A DNA stretch of 64,000 nt from Eledone cirrhosa. Its lineage: Eukaryota. Where the stretch lies: positions 41,788,001-41,852,000 of the forward strand of contig OZ024745.1 of the NCBI GenBank assembly GCA_964016885.1, in the 5' to 3' direction. The notes under the pieces were generated by a model. It had not been told where the DNA came from and did not search any database. It was given only the letters and a program-made list of their open reading frames with translations. Of this stretch, positions 46,486-61,909 are shown piece by piece. Numbering within the stretch: the first letter of the stretch is position 1; every line of letters starts with the position of its first letter. A program made the translations under genes and the position numbers.

Positions 46486-48876
46486 AATAAACAAATAAAC
46501 CACCATCCGGCTAATAAAATAAGCAACTGGAAATTTATAATAAATTGAAGTATTGAAGTGAAAACCAACAGGTGTGTTTTTATTGGTAGCACGAGCCTCC
46601 CAAATTATAACAATATCTGTTTCAACACACTTTTCAGGTAAGAAATCTTGCAAAACAAATACAAAACCGATATATATATATATTCATGTACATTCTTAAA
46701 CACACAGAAACAAATCAATACATACATATGATTCTTCATAAATGTATTGTATACTCTCAGAAGTGATTATCTTTGTACGAAAATAATAAAAAGAAAACAA
46801 AGGCAAAAAATATAACAAAGACCACACATAGATATATTGACTATAATAACCATTGAAATAGCTATACAAGAGACAAGTTTGTTATCTAAGTATTTCAGTG
46901 TTTTCTATTTATTATTTGCCAACGTAGACCGTCTGGGTCGATCGTTCAACTTAAATATTTCAAATATCAGGTGCTAAATCATACTTTCTGTGAAACTCTT
47001 TGGATCGAAGATAGATAAGAAAGTCTTATTTATTTCTGATCGAGCAGAAGTATGGCTAACAGCATTCTTGCCATGACCATCCCGTTCTTTTGGGTATCTG
47101 TATGACATTAGACGATAGAGTACAATTTGTTGTTATTTCTACCGAGTTGAGCGAGTACGTGGAGATTCCCTTGTTGACTCGACCACCAATATATTACATG
47201 ATGTTATGGTTCGCCACCGAAATTATTACATACGTATTGTACATCATAGGTGCATCCAACTCGTCAGTAATTTTATCAGGCCCATTGTTAGATTATTGTC
47301 AAATCTTCGCGATTTTGCATTGTTACATACTGCTAAGGATAAATGAAAGCTTGAGTGAATGTTTACTGTTAATATGTCACATTTTTATGTGGCAATAGTA
47401 TGTGTTAAACAATATAAGGTATTTAAATACATTAATATACTGTCTTTATGAAATATTTTCATTATTCTTTGAAGACAACCTTGCAAATTCTTTATATTAT
47501 TTCTTTAATCATGAAAACAATAAGGGGAATCCTGTATTTCGTATACTCGATAGTTAGTCATGTTATGACAGTTACACATGTACATTATGTCTCCATTTCA
47601 CTTTGGTCTCTCTCGCTTAGGCCAAATCATGAATTTGCGATAAAAAGTATATACTCTATTCCTCGCCCCAAAGGAAAAGATTGTTACACTTCTACTCGAT
47701 CAGAGCTCCGACCCGAATATAGCCACCACTAACAACAAAAACAACATTTATGCTAAAGAAAACTCCGAGTCGGTGAAGACACTATTGTGGAACTATTGTG
47801 AAACAAGTTCATATACTACAGATTTATTGATCCATTTTGGTTTTCTTCTTTCACATAACTGATCCTGATGATGTTTATCCGGAATTCTTTGGGCTATATT
47901 TGCTAAGCCAATATGGTGGTCACGTTACAATGGCCAGTGGAACTATATAGTAAATTTCCGCGAAAAGGAAGTATCTTTGGGCATGCTCAAACTATCTATT
48001 AAAAATAGCCACTAAATATCTTTCATTTTAAATGTAATAATAGATATACAAAAATATCTTCTCGAATAGAGTTTGACTTGAGGCTAAATAACAGCAATTA
48101 TATAGTGAGGAGTAGAGCAAAAGTTTATACGGGTAATATAGCTATTTAGAGTGTTTTGTAAACTGTTATCCAGGATTTAAAGAATCATTATTTCAAAACC
48201 AAATATGCTATTACCGACGGAGGATGGATGATGGATGGCAGAATCAGCACAACATTAGAGAAATAGATACTTATGGTTGCTCATTTCCTTTTACCAGTGC
48301 AGATCAAAATTGCATTTTATACTGCCGATCTCGATAAGTATATCTTGAATACTAAAAGGTTCATATCAATCTAACAAGTCACAGATGGAAATGTCCCTTG
48401 AACTAACTAAATCATAAAATAGTAAAAAGTAAAAAAGAAGAATCTAACCATGCAATAAAATGTTTCTAAACTGGTATTTGCTTTGTTTTCTTCCCAACGC
48501 GGGTTTAAATATCAGAAAATAAGTTTTTTCATGGTAATTAGTTTACTTGAAAATAATTGGGGGCTATTGCTCTGATAACGAAACGTTTGTGTTAATTAGA
48601 TGTACTTTTATATAATTTTAATCAGGAAGTCGATCTCAGGAAGCGTATGTATTCACATGGGTAAGAAAACTGACGTTCGAGAGTGTGAATAATCAAAGTT
48701 AGGTTTATTACTTCAGTTTCTGTGTAACGAGTTAAGAGGCCTAGCCACAGAAAATTAGTTTAGTAAGACTCAAGAACATCAGTTTAGCAAGACGAATAGA
48801 TTATTTCGAAGCTCTGCTATCTATCTATACACACACTTTCACACACACACACACATATATATATGTATGCATATAT

Positions 48877-48954
<78 letters not shown>

Positions 48955-49117
48955 TAGATAGATAGATAGATAGATATATAGGAGTATATATATATACACA
49001 CACACACATATATATATGTCTATATATATACAATGATATTAAATAAATGCAAACTATATTTATAAAACCATATTTATTTTATTTATTTATATATATATAA
49101 CAGATATATAAAAAAAT

Positions 49118-49615
49118 TCAGGGCCTTCTCACCCCTGTTGGAGGAACCCATCCCTGGTTGATCTCCACAGCTTCCTATATCTTGCCATATTGGACCATGT
49201 GGGGCTGAGGTATCGTGTCAGATCATCCCCTCTCAGATTACAGCAATACAGCGTCAATATGATGTTAGAAAAAGGAGCAAGACAGGGAGACACCATTTCC
49301 TCGAGAATTTTTACATCCTGTTTACAAAATGCCATCATCAACAACGTCAACTGGGAAAACAAAGATATCAACATAAATGGTGAACTCCTACACCACCTAA
49401 ACTTCATAGATGACATCATCCTAATAGCCCGTACATCACAAGAAATGGAGGAGAAGCTCAATGCTATCTACACTGTGAGCCAGCTAGTAGGCCTTAACAC
49501 CCTTCTTGGGAAAACCAAGATCATGTTTAACAGCCACGCTAAACGATCACCAGTTATTGTGGATGGAAAGTTCATCGAGGAAGTAGAGACTTAGGTATAT
49601 CTCGGAAAAGATTAT
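49118..49615. mobile_element. RTE LINE remnant with internal inversion
   Basis: Plus strand KGARQGDTIS...HLNFIDDIILIA...YLG (about 49240-49615); minus-strand C-terminus GDDLTRYLSPTWSNMARYRKLW (49118-49240). Confidence 0.8.
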
Positions 49616-49619
49616 TTTA

Positions 49620-49680
<61 letters not shown>

Positions 49681-49688
<8 letters not shown>

Positions 49689-49822
49689 TAACAGATTAAA
49701 GTTTAAGCAAAGAATCGCTGCTTTCACCTTTAACGGGATCTTCTGAAACTACAGTTTCAGAAGATCCCGTTAAGGGTGAAAGCAGCGATTCATTGTTTAA
49801 ACTTTAATCTGTTATTTTAATA
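49681..49822. repeat. Fold-back inverted repeat, 70-bp arms, next to (TA)n
   Basis: 2-nt loop, 3 mismatches; unfolded homologue at 7852-7917. Confidence 0.9.
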
Positions 49823-50050
49823 AATATTTGCTCTATGGTTTTATATATTTTGTTTCTGAATTTATATATTTTGATATATATATATTATCCTTATCGAGCC
49901 CTCTTCGGATTTTAGTCTTCACATTTATTATTATTACTATATATAGTATATTTTGTTTTAAACATTTTCTAACCTAGAAAAAAGAGAAAAAAATAAAAAG
50001 GAAAAATATATATTTTTCTTCCTAATAATCGTCTTTTTCTCCCTATTTTC

Positions 50051-50087
<37 letters not shown>

Positions 50088-50854
50088 AGAGAGGGGGGTG
50101 TGAGAAAGGGAGAGGTAGAGAGACATATAGAGATAGAAGTGCGAGGGTAAGCCTGGACTATTAGTATGGTTGGGAAAGGAACAGTTGGTTTTAGAAAGTA
50201 TAATTATGTTGTTGGTACGACGATTTAGGAAGCACGGCCCTAGGTAGATTTACAGCGCCTTGAGAGACATTTTCAATTAAACATATTTTCCTTTCTTCTG
50301 TCACATTGGTATGGTTACTGTTAAACGAAGAAGAGCGAGATGTTGCCAAGAGATGTTCTATTGGTAAAGGCAAATGCTTGAAGGCTATGAATATTTCATA
50401 CGTAAAATAATAAAAATAAAAACTAAACAAAACATTAAACAGCCAAAGTTTTAAAAAATCGAACAAAAATAGTATACAAATCAGTATGCACATTGGACTA
50501 TCTAAATATTTCTCTCAAACATGAAAGATTCAAAACAGGCTTAGGAATCTGGAAATTATCCATGTATCTGAAGACATGTAATTTCGCTAAGATGTCAGCA
50601 TACAATGAAACAAACAATTCTTTACATTTACACTTGGTTTCACAAAGAGAGAACGCCAGTAATGTTGTAAACAACATAAGAGTCAATATTTGAATATTAC
50701 CAAACTTATAGACAATATGGCTTCGGCAGTAAATAATTACATACATATATAAACATGCTTACACCTGCATACCCATCACATACAAATATATATATTCATA
50801 CATTTAAATATACATATACATATATATCTATAGTTACATCCACACATGTATATA

Positions 50855-50946
<92 letters not shown>

Positions 50947-51110
50947 TATATGTATATAAACTTAAGATATAAATATACATAAAAATCATACATAGCCACC
51001 TATAGCTTTACGGAAGCATATACATAGATATCTACAGATATGCAATGTGTAGATGGTATACAAATATAGGTATTTCTACATACCTATATACATATATATT
51101 CACACAAATA

Positions 51111-51232
<122 letters not shown>

Positions 51233-52679
51233 AGTGTGTGTGAGTGTGTGTGTGTGTTTGTGTGTGTGTACATATATATGTATGTATGATTGTGAACATA
51301 TACATGCGTGTGCGTATGTACGTTGATATTTATATTTATATATATATATATAATTAAACGTACACACACATAGATGCTTAGATGCTTTGTTCATTCGTAT
51401 TTGTTTTGTTTTTTTATGGTGCGTATCGTTGCTATTATTCACATACCTATACACTTATATACATGTATACAAGACGATATTCGTTTGAAATGCATGTCTT
51501 TTTATGCAAATAAGTGTATCCGGGCTTTAGATTATAACTTGAAATATCAAACTTCTGTCAAGTTTTCACGGCAACATACTTCTCAAAACTCTATTTTCAT
51601 TTACTTTCGAAGCGAAAAGGAATACATAAATCAATAATTAAACAAAAATCTATAAAACATAATATAATGAGTAAATATGCATATCAACAAAGGAAAACCC
51701 CGGCTAATTTCTTTACTAAACTATATAGATATAGACAGTACTCCAGCCTCGGCATTGCTAAGAGTTTAAATTAATATACGAATAGAAGAAAGCTACATAT
51801 ACCTTGATATAAAAGGAAAGGAACTGAATAACTGCCTGTCGCAACTCCTGTTCAAGAATATAAAACGCTGGCCAGACAAGAAGTCGAACCCATGACCTTA
51901 TCATTGCGCACCCAACACCATAACCACTGGGCTACACACCAATTTTGATTTGGATGCGCAGTAATATACATTTTCAGTGTTTACCTTATAGATGAATGGT
52001 GGTTGCCTGGGTAGGTTACTTTGAAAACCCCGAGCTATCTAGCTGTTTGACAGTTTATGTCCCTCTTAATATGACCTGGACAAAATATATGCAACGTAAG
52101 TTGCTTGTTTACATTGTTATTAGCACTATAACACATTCCACTACCTAACTACGCTATATTTAACCCGAGATCACCTCGTTTAATCCGACATAAAAACAGG
52201 GTAGACAATTCGTTTAGTCAACATTACAATTTCTTTTCTGTATTTCTTCTTGCAGAGGGTAAATAGAATAATTCGACCTTCCTAAGTTATATATATGTTG
52301 ATTCAGAGGAATACTTTTAGTATATAAGGCTGTTGAATTTCTTGACGGTGAACTGTCATCCTACTTCGGAGTGACATGTCATTTTAGCGAATATAAATGT
52401 GAGATTTTAGGAATACTACGAAAAATATCTTTGACAGACACAAACATGGCAATTCCAAACCGGGATCATATGAAACTTAGTTTTTGTTATATATATAAAT
52501 ATGATTCTGCCGAGGTTTGCAATAGCGACATTATTAATTCCCGAGGGTCATGTTGCCAATAAGAAACACACCCACCAGTTGCTTTCAATTCAATTTATTA
52601 TAATAAATTTATAAATTTAGGAATTTATAAATTTCAGGTTGGTTGGTTGGTTCCACAACCAGATGGTTGTTTATATATT

Positions 52680-52722
52680 GTCAAAGTTCTTTCGTCACAC
52701 ATTCTGTGACCTCTTCAGTGAC
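52680..52722 (-). ncRNA. Minimal hammerhead ribozyme (family E) downstream of the GIY-YIG ORF
   Basis: GTCA-CTGAAGA-gGTCACA-gaatg-TGTGAC-GAAA-GAAC-TT^TGAC. Confidence 0.7.
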
Positions 52723-52924
52723 TGGAGATTGTTTTCTTTGTTTCTTGTGCCTCTCCTTTGTTCTGTCCTACGCCATCTTGTTTTTGTCTGTGTGTTGTGT
52801 GCTTAGTTTGCGCATGTGTTACATCCGAGTGTCTGTGTGTGTTTATATTCGTTTATTTATTTGTTTATTTACATGTTACTGGTTGGTTGTTTGTTCTATG
52901 TGCGTGTGTGTTTTCATTTTGTCC

Positions 52925-53320
52925 TTAATTGTAAGTTGTGATGTTGCTGTTCCACTCATGTTTTCTATTTAATTTTGGTTGTAATTCATTTATGTTTATT
53001 GCCTCTGTGATTTGTCTAAACATTGCGTCTTTTCTGTGTGTAGATTCTATTTTTATTTCTATGTTCTCTAATTTACCCTTATGTTCTATTTTAGCATGTT
53101 GGTAGAGTACAGATGATTATTTACTATCTTGAAGGTCTCACCAGTGTTCATTTATCCGTTCACCTACACTACGAGCTGTCTCACCCATGTACACTATATT
53201 TTTATCTCTACATTGTCCTTCAGTACATCTTATGCTATATACTACATTTCTAGTGTTACAGTTAATATGGGGGCTTAATTTACAGATTATACATTTCTTA
53301 TCTATACAGGGAGGTCTTTT
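52925..53320 (-). pseudogene. Penelope-like GIY-YIG endonuclease domain (two in-frame stops)
   Basis: CIDKKCIIC...CNTRNVVYSIRCTEGQCRDKNIVYMGETARSVGERINEH...LYQH...H...FRQITEAINI...LNRKHEW. Confidence 0.9.
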
Positions 53321-53325
53321 TTTTT

Positions 53326-53540
53326 ATACAATATATTAATAAATGGAAACTATATTTATAAAACCATATTTATTTTATTATACATATTTCAAGGGCAACC
53401 AAGGCAAATTATGGTGCGCTTTCATCAGATAAAATACAGATTTGTTTTATAAATCAATTTGCCTTGGTTGCCCTTGAAATATGTATAATAAAATAAATAT
53501 GGTTTTATAAATATAGTTTCCATTTATTAATATATTGTAT
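53326..53540. repeat. Fold-back inverted repeat, 85-bp arms (family D)
   Basis: Arms 53326-53410 and 53456-53540, no mismatch seen. Confidence 0.92.
53371..53436 (-). ncRNA. Minimal type-I hammerhead ribozyme (family D)
   Basis: TATTTTAT-CTGATGA-AAGcGCACCA...TGGtTGCcCTT-GAAA-T-ATGT-A-TA^ATAAAATA. Confidence 0.8.
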
Positions 53541-53604
53541 ATTTACTCCACTCCTGTTGAGTGCTTTATATCAGTTATACATTTTTTAAATTAAATATAA
53601 CCTC

Positions 53605-53715
<111 letters not shown>

Positions 53716-54619
53716 ATATAATTTCGTGTGCGCATGTTTTTAATTAAACTATTATAGAACCTTAACACACTTAAACTTAAAAGCAGCAGCACTGCCAGTA
53801 ACACCACCACCATTGCCGCCGCCGCCACCACCAACTCCACCACCACCACTACTACCACCACCACCATCACCATCACCAGCACCATCACAGCTACCACCGC
53901 TACCACCAAGAAACAGAAACCGCGCACACTGATAAATATGAGTGCGATAAAAGTATGAAAGTAAATTGCCAGCGTGTGGTTATTTTGTTCGAGGAGTAAC
54001 TAAATATATATGAATGTGTTACGTTTGCAAAGTGTACCTATATCGTTGGTTGGCTAGATTTGCTATAAGCTCTTACACCCCCATCTCAAACCGTGTCATG
54101 TTTGTTGACTGTCTTTTTTTTTCATTGTTCGTGTAAATACTTACTTGTCAAATGATGTACTACTCAACTACCACAACTACCACAACAACCACTACTAACT
54201 AATACGGCAGACGACTAAAATCCACAAACACCAACCCACCAGAGTCACGATTGAATTTCAAGATCATCACCTTCGGCATTGCTGTTGTTGTCGTCATCAT
54301 CGACAATATCATCGTCATCATCGTCATCATCATCATCATCATCATCATTATCATCATCATCATCATCATCAACAACAACATCAACAAAAACACCTACAAG
54401 TACACCACCATCAACAAGAATATAACGACCACAACACCACCATAACAAAAACATCAATTACCATTGACACTACCATCGACCGTAGCCGCAACCACACCAC
54501 CATTGCCCGCACTCCGACAAACAACACTACCACATTCACCAAAATTACATCGCTATAACCAGAAAGATCACTACTAAGCGTTACAATCACCCTTATCACA
54601 ACTATTGGGGCGACAAATT

Positions 54620-55190
54620 ATCTGAGTCGTTAGAATGTCGGACAGAATACTTTGTGGTATTTTCTCCGGTTCTCTGCTCTCTGAGTTCAAGTCCCGCCGA
54701 CATCAGCTTTCTTCCTTTCAAGGTCGATTACACAAGTACCGGAACAGCACTGGGGTCGATTTTTCATCTATTTCTCTTCCTCTCACTGATTCTGTATCTC
54801 TACTTCTCTAGAAGAGAATAAGCCGACTTGAAAAGGTAATGAGCTCCGCCAAGTTTAGTGGCCATGATGTATGTCACGACGGTACCACTAAATCATTAGT
54901 AGTTATGGGTCTATACATATATAACAACCACTACGACCATTATAATCTGGCTTTAGTGAAGTTGATACACAATTTACTAGGTCACTGGTGTGTAGATGGT
55001 AAATATATATTGTGGTGTTTAAGTATGAAAGTGACTATGGATTTCAGATCCTGCCGTGGTTAATTTTCACTTTCATCTTCTCTGGGTCGATAAAATAACT
55101 ACCAGTTAAGTACTGGCGTTGCTATTATCCACTCTATTATTCTACACCTTGCCTAAATTTGATGTTTTGTCCCTATATAAGAAATCAATA
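54620..55190 (+). mobile_element. Two diverged Nin/Deu-domain SINE copies
   Basis: Cores near 54680-54760 and 55050-55110. Confidence 0.6.
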
Positions 55191-55460
55191 TAAGTAGAGA
55201 GGCTTATAATTAAAAAGTGAAATGTAGGTATGCTTCCATTAATTTTTAGGTTATCCGATCTGTTGTGCATAAAATAATTAACCACATAGACAACTAATGC
55301 ATAGTTATACAATTGTGACGGAGACCTGGTTTATATTTGATATAAATAGCAATAAGATATCAACGTGTAGGCGGGGAGGCAATGTAGGTACATCTTCAGA
55401 AAATATCCGTATAGAGATGAAACTATTCCAAGTAATTCAAACATGTTTCTACTCACTGAA

Positions 55461-55574
<114 letters not shown>

Positions 55575-55613
55575 GATATTAACAAATGGAAACTATATTT
55601 ATAAAACCATATT

Positions 55614-55678
55614 TATTTCATTATACATATTTCAAGGACACTAAGTTAAATTATGGTGTGCTTTCCTCAGACAAAATA
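55614..55678 (-). ncRNA. Minimal hammerhead ribozyme (family D), left arm
   Basis: TATTTTGT-CTGAGGA-AAGCACACC...GTGTCCTT-GAAA-TATGTA-TA^ATGAAATA. Confidence 0.72.
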
Positions 55679-55806
55679 TAATATAGATCAGTTTTATAAA
55701 TAAATATTGACATACCCTTAACAAATGCAACCATTACTGTTCCAACAGTAATGGTTGCATTTTTTAAGGGTATGTCAATATCTATTTATAAAACTGATCT
55801 ATATTA

Positions 55807-55871
55807 TATTTTGTCTGATGAAAGCACACCATAATTTAACTTGGTGTCCTTGAAATATGTATAATGAAATA
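55807..55871 (+). ncRNA. Minimal hammerhead ribozyme (family D), right arm
   Basis: TATTTTGT-CTGATGA-AAGcACACCA...TGGTGTcCTT-GAAA-T-ATGT-A-TA^ATGAAATA; predicted cut after 55863. Confidence 0.8.
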
Positions 55872-55998
55872 AATATGGTTTTATAAATATAGTTTCCATT
55901 TGTTAATATCGTATGTTTACTCCAAATACTTGTTGAGTGCTTTATATTAGTTATAAAAATATTTTCTTGTTGTATCCCAACAATTTAAATAGAACTTT

Positions 55999-56054
<56 letters not shown>

Positions 56055-56160
56055 TTCTCTGAATATACATTTTATAGCGCATTTTATTATAACATTTTCT
56101 TAGGCACGTCTACATTAATTTTCAGACTTCATATATTCATACTTACACTCACACACACAC

Positions 56161-56242
<82 letters not shown>

Positions 56243-56763
56243 GGAGTGTGTGAAAGCGAAAAAGTGATATCGTCAGCGAATTTGAGAACCAGAAATTATA
56301 ACGATCTTTGTTTTCATCGTGTGTTTTTCATGTGTAGAGAGGATGTGGTACAAGTAAAGATTGTGTCTTGGTATTATTCAAGGAGAAAAATACGGCAAAC
56401 AAACAAACCACTAATATTATCAACATATCAATTCCAACTCCTTCAACCATCTTTACTCACCGCAACCCCAACAACCACTTTTGGATATTCGTCAGTTAGT
56501 TAAAATATTGACTCTGAACTACAGCCAACATTCATTGTACTTTAGGCGGCAGGAAAAGACGTTGGCCAATGGTCGTGTACTAGATGGCAGTTCACCACTA
56601 ATGCTATCTATAGCACCAACATCATCATCTTAATCGGCCATCTATTCTAAAAAAAAGTAGCATCAACACTAACGTAGCCATCGTTGCAATCACCAATACT
56701 ACAAGTAACATTATCCAAAATCCCAGAACCAACAAGTCTACCACCAACCACCGACTCCACAAT

Positions 56764-57026
<263 letters not shown>

Positions 57027-57415
57027 TATGCACGTTTAAATAGAACATTCTGTCTAAAGAAAAATCATATTCCAGAAACAGAGTTCTGAAATTTCTTCTT
57101 GAACATGAAATATTTTTAAGAAATTTAAAGTTCTGAGACCTAATTACTTATTCTAAGAGCTGTTTTACGCTGTTAAGTCTTTTACTTTATATTACATACA
57201 AAAAAAGTTATTACTTCTCTTCAACACCAACTTGTATCGGAGTCTTTAAGGAGATTTATTAATAAAACTTTACCGGTTTCATATTTGTATGACTTTCAAA
57301 GGTTACGAGAGGTGGAAAGATACTTAACATTTGACAATCATACAAACGTGAAACAGAGAACGTTATTATTAATAAATCTCCTTGGAGACTCCAATTGCAT
57401 TTTCAACGTCTTTTT

Positions 57416-57482
<67 letters not shown>

Positions 57483-57845
57483 AAGGGCACTTTACCTTTA
57501 CCAATAAATCTCTCTGCCAATAAATACATACACATACACGCATACACATACACGCCAATAAATACATACACATACACACATACACATGCCAATAAATACA
57601 TACACATACATACATACATACGCATACCGGCATACATACACACCTACGCGCACGCACACCTACATACCTATATACATACGCACTTATATAAAGTGCGTGT
57701 TAGCTGGTCAGTTACTTTGCCTAATTCTTCATTTCCCAGGTTTCACTCGGGTATTCACTAATATAGCCAAGTGCTCTAATTATTATCATATAAACACGAA
57801 TTTATAATGTCGGTACAGAAGCCGTAGGCTTCAAATGTGTGTGTT

Positions 57846-58364
57846 CAAGGTTTCTTGGTGAGGAGGGTGACTTTGGACATCCTGCAGGACTAAAAACAAA
57901 GCCTGGCAAAGGGCAAAGGAGCTCTTAAGAGACATTGGCCATCCAAAATCACCGGGAGAGATGACCCCTTAGCCTTTGTCAAGGCAGAATTCTAGGAGAA
58001 GGAAAACTCTGATATAACACCTGAAACCCTGATGGTATCCAATGATGTTGACTTGTTCTTCTTTTTGGTAAATATCATCTTGGTTAAGAGAGTGGGACTG
58101 GCTTTGTGCAGTGCCTTTGCTCACTGTAAAAGCTTCACGGCACAGGCATTGCTTTATATCTGGAGATCTCTCTGCCCTTGTCGTCACATGGTACCATGGG
58201 CCCAACACTATGTGTCAATAATTGTCACAAGTGTAGTGTTTGTACCAGAGTTTTCAAGTCGCTGGCTGGACTAAAATGTCACACTCGTTCAGTGCATCGG
58301 TAGGGATTCTCCTACATGGATATAAAGTAGTGGCCGTACTCGAAAACGAGTTGGCAGCCACCAT
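57846..58364 (+). mobile_element. Third copy of the bipartite RTE derivative
   Basis: Colinear with 12768-13290; (TATG)n tail. Confidence 0.85.
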
Positions 58365-58690
58365 GTATGTATGTATGTATGTATATATATTTTTATGTAT
58401 GTATGCATGTATGAATGCATATTCGATCCTTGAGCAAGGTAATTTATTTTATGTTGCTCCAGTTAACTCAGTTTGCAAAAATGAGTTGTACCAGTAATTC
58501 AAGGCGTCAGCCTTGACATACCTTGTGCCACGTTAAGTATACTTGCATCTGTTGAATGCTCAATCACTTGCACATTAATTTAACAAGGTAATTGTTTCGC
58601 TGATCGAACAACTGGAACACTCAACATTGAAACCGACGAAAGTCTATTCCATATTCCACATCTATGTATGTGTGAATGTATGTGCGTATG

Positions 58691-58780
<90 letters not shown>

Positions 58781-59840
58781 TATGTATGTATATATGAATG
58801 TGTGTATGTGTGTGTTTGTGTGTGTGTGTGTGTTAGAAATGCTAGAACAAAACTACTGCATTGTGAGAAATACTTGAAATAAACGTCAAAATAAAATGTA
58901 GAATTGTTCAAATAGAGTGAACAAACAGATAAATGGTAAACAGAGAAAACAGAGAGAAAAAGAATTTTAATGATAAATAATTGAATAAAGAATGTGACTC
59001 TTCTTTAGCAGGAATATATGAAATATAAATAAATATAAAAATAATTGAAAACACTCTTATATTTATTCATACACCTGATGGTTTAAAAAAAACGTTTTTG
59101 ATTATTTAATGTTCAATATAATCGGGGTATTTAGGCATAGTTCTGTGTAAATATGACGTTTCATGGATTTTCTTTTTACTACAAGTGAAGTGCGGTTTCA
59201 AAATAGTTTCAACAGACGTTAAGTTGAAAACATCGATTTCAGTAAATAGGCAGATGTAGAAGACTTTGTATGATGCCAAATACTACGTGTCCGCCTGAAA
59301 GTAAACATTATTTCCTGTTCTTTTTAACTTCATTCTTCACTAAAGCCTTCGTCAGATTTGCGAATGCATAAATAGGCATCAATGTGCATTGTCTGCTTAT
59401 GCTTCGTAATTTTATAGTCGTGTTTGTAAACGTTTTAGCTTGTGTACCGTGTACACAGCAATTATAAGGTCCTGGGTTCAATCCCTTTAGCGTGTATATC
59501 GAGGACATAGCAAGTATTAGGTTGCGGGTTTAGGCTAGTGTCATTTATCATAGACTCAGAGCGACCTATGCTTTGTGAGTGTAATTAGGTAGACGGATTC
59601 TGTTTGGAAGCCTGTCGGATGGACTTGTGATTCCAAGAGTCGGCCTTCTCACACATTCTGTCACATTGAATCTCTCTGAGAATCATCTTATGATTATATA
59701 CACGTGATTGTGAAATCTGAGCCACTTACCCGTTAATTTCATGAGTAGGCTTTTCCGTTGATCGACAACTCCAACGTTCATAGCAGAAAACCGACAAAGG
59801 TCAATTCCACACCTTGTTTGCATGAGTGTATATATATATT

Positions 59841-59896
<56 letters not shown>

Positions 59897-61909
59897 ATTA
59901 GGTTTGTTTTGAATGAAGAAGCTATGCCTATATTTCCACTCAATCATTCATGTTAACATATGTATATACGCAAGTATACTTACGTTCATATATTTAATAT
60001 TGAATATAAAAATATATGCTTTATATAATTCCTAAGCCTATACGTTTATGTCTACCTACATTTCCAAACATTTTATTCTGTAAATTGAGACAGATATTTG
60101 TTTTTATGCTTATGTACAGTTCAGAATTCTGAGTTCTAAGCGTGTTGTCTGTGCATGTGTTTATGCTATATGTTTTTGTCTGTGTGTGTTTTCTATGGAT
60201 GCACGTAACGCCGTAACTATGTCACATTAACAAATGAAGATTATCAGTTTTCTTTGCCATTAGATACATGTTTTGATTTTGGATGAGTTTTTATTTAAAT
60301 TCACAATATTCTCTTTAACAAATTACAGCAACAAACAGAGAATTCTTTCACCTGAAAAGAATTGATAATTTAAGAAATACAAAATATCTATTTACTTTGC
60401 TATTGGTTCGTTTCTCCGAATATTATTTTTTATAAATATCTACCGTTTTAGAATCTTTCAATGTGAATCCTTTTAATTATATTCCTTTGACTGGCATAAT
60501 ATTCCACTGTTTTCTTTATTACACATAGGGAATACAAGTAAACATTATATTAAACAAATGAACTTTGGTTTCCAGAAAGGCTAACTCTTATAGCCAACAT
60601 TGTTTAACTACAATAATCTTTATGCACATTTTCTTTTTAATTAGATGTTTTATGTTTATTTGCTCGTTCACATTTGTAATTATTTTATATCAAAATTTAT
60701 CTAAATGTGGGAAAATATTTCATTGAATTTTATATTTATAAACTTCATCATTTTCTGATGTATTATGTCAATGGGTAAAGTATAGAAAGAAATTGTTATA
60801 CGTAGAAGCTACTGGCAATCAAAAAGGCACTGTTACAAAAACTATTCATATGAAATACATCATCCAAATCATTCGTTATGAATATCGAATCAGAAAACAC
60901 ACGAAAGCATACTTTGAAGTGTTTTCAACCATTCTACAATTCTTAACCAAATAATTGTATGGCTAAATCTCACAGCTGGTGTAGTGATTTCGTTTCGACT
61001 GCCTCTTAACGCAAGCTTGATGTGTTCGAGGTAATTTACCAGAAAATCGCCGTTTAGAGTAATGGCTGATCTCACGCAGCAACAATGGCTGACTGAATAG
61101 TTCGGCCATGGTTTAATGTGGAAGTCATGTGAGTTCAAATTTGCGGTAACAAAATGTCTGTAAGGGCAATCATACAACTTACTGTAATATTTTTCTTCTT
61201 CTTCTCATATTTACACGAATGCGTTGGCTATTTATCAACGAAACATTTGTGTATATCACAAGATTTCTCTACATTCTATTAAACAGTACCATGAAAAGAA
61301 AACAGAAAACAGTGACTACGGGGTGCGGCAAGTCAAGTAAAATACTACAACGATTTACAAAAATATTTATTAGTTTTTTTATTACTTTGGATTAACATTA
61401 TAAATTTAAAATAAAATATTGTTTTATTATAACAATATTATTAAGATATATCAGCGTAAATTGCGTGCATTACTAGGTAATACTAGATATAATATCACAT
61501 ATTTATAGCAAATATAAATGGGAAATTGAGACATTCATGCCTTTCTGAAAGGTATTATCGAGCTAAATTATGTGAAATGATATCAACTGATGCTAGCCTA
61601 TATAGAGCACGATTTAAAAGGTGAATTTTTTTAGGATTACTTCATGAAAAAGAAGGTTCTTTTTGTTTGTTTAATAGGGTGGGCGTCGAAGTACTTCGAA
61701 GTTAACAAAAGATGGACAATCAGGTGATTAGACAAAGAGACTAGTACTGCAGGGCATCGATCTCAGAAATATGAGGATTACAACCAGGAGGATTAGTACG
61801 GAATTTGTCCCATTGGCTTCTCAATGCCTATGTTCAAACTTACAGGTTTCAGGGTAGTGCAGAAGTGACGTGCATCAACGTGGTCAAGAGAGGTCTGCGT
61901 AAATATCTA

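Noticed and set aside
54130-54160. Minus-strand GTAAGT donor as a possible Lmx1 exon 1 end
   Set aside because: Upstream sequence is low-complexity trinucleotide DNA with stops; no supportable exon
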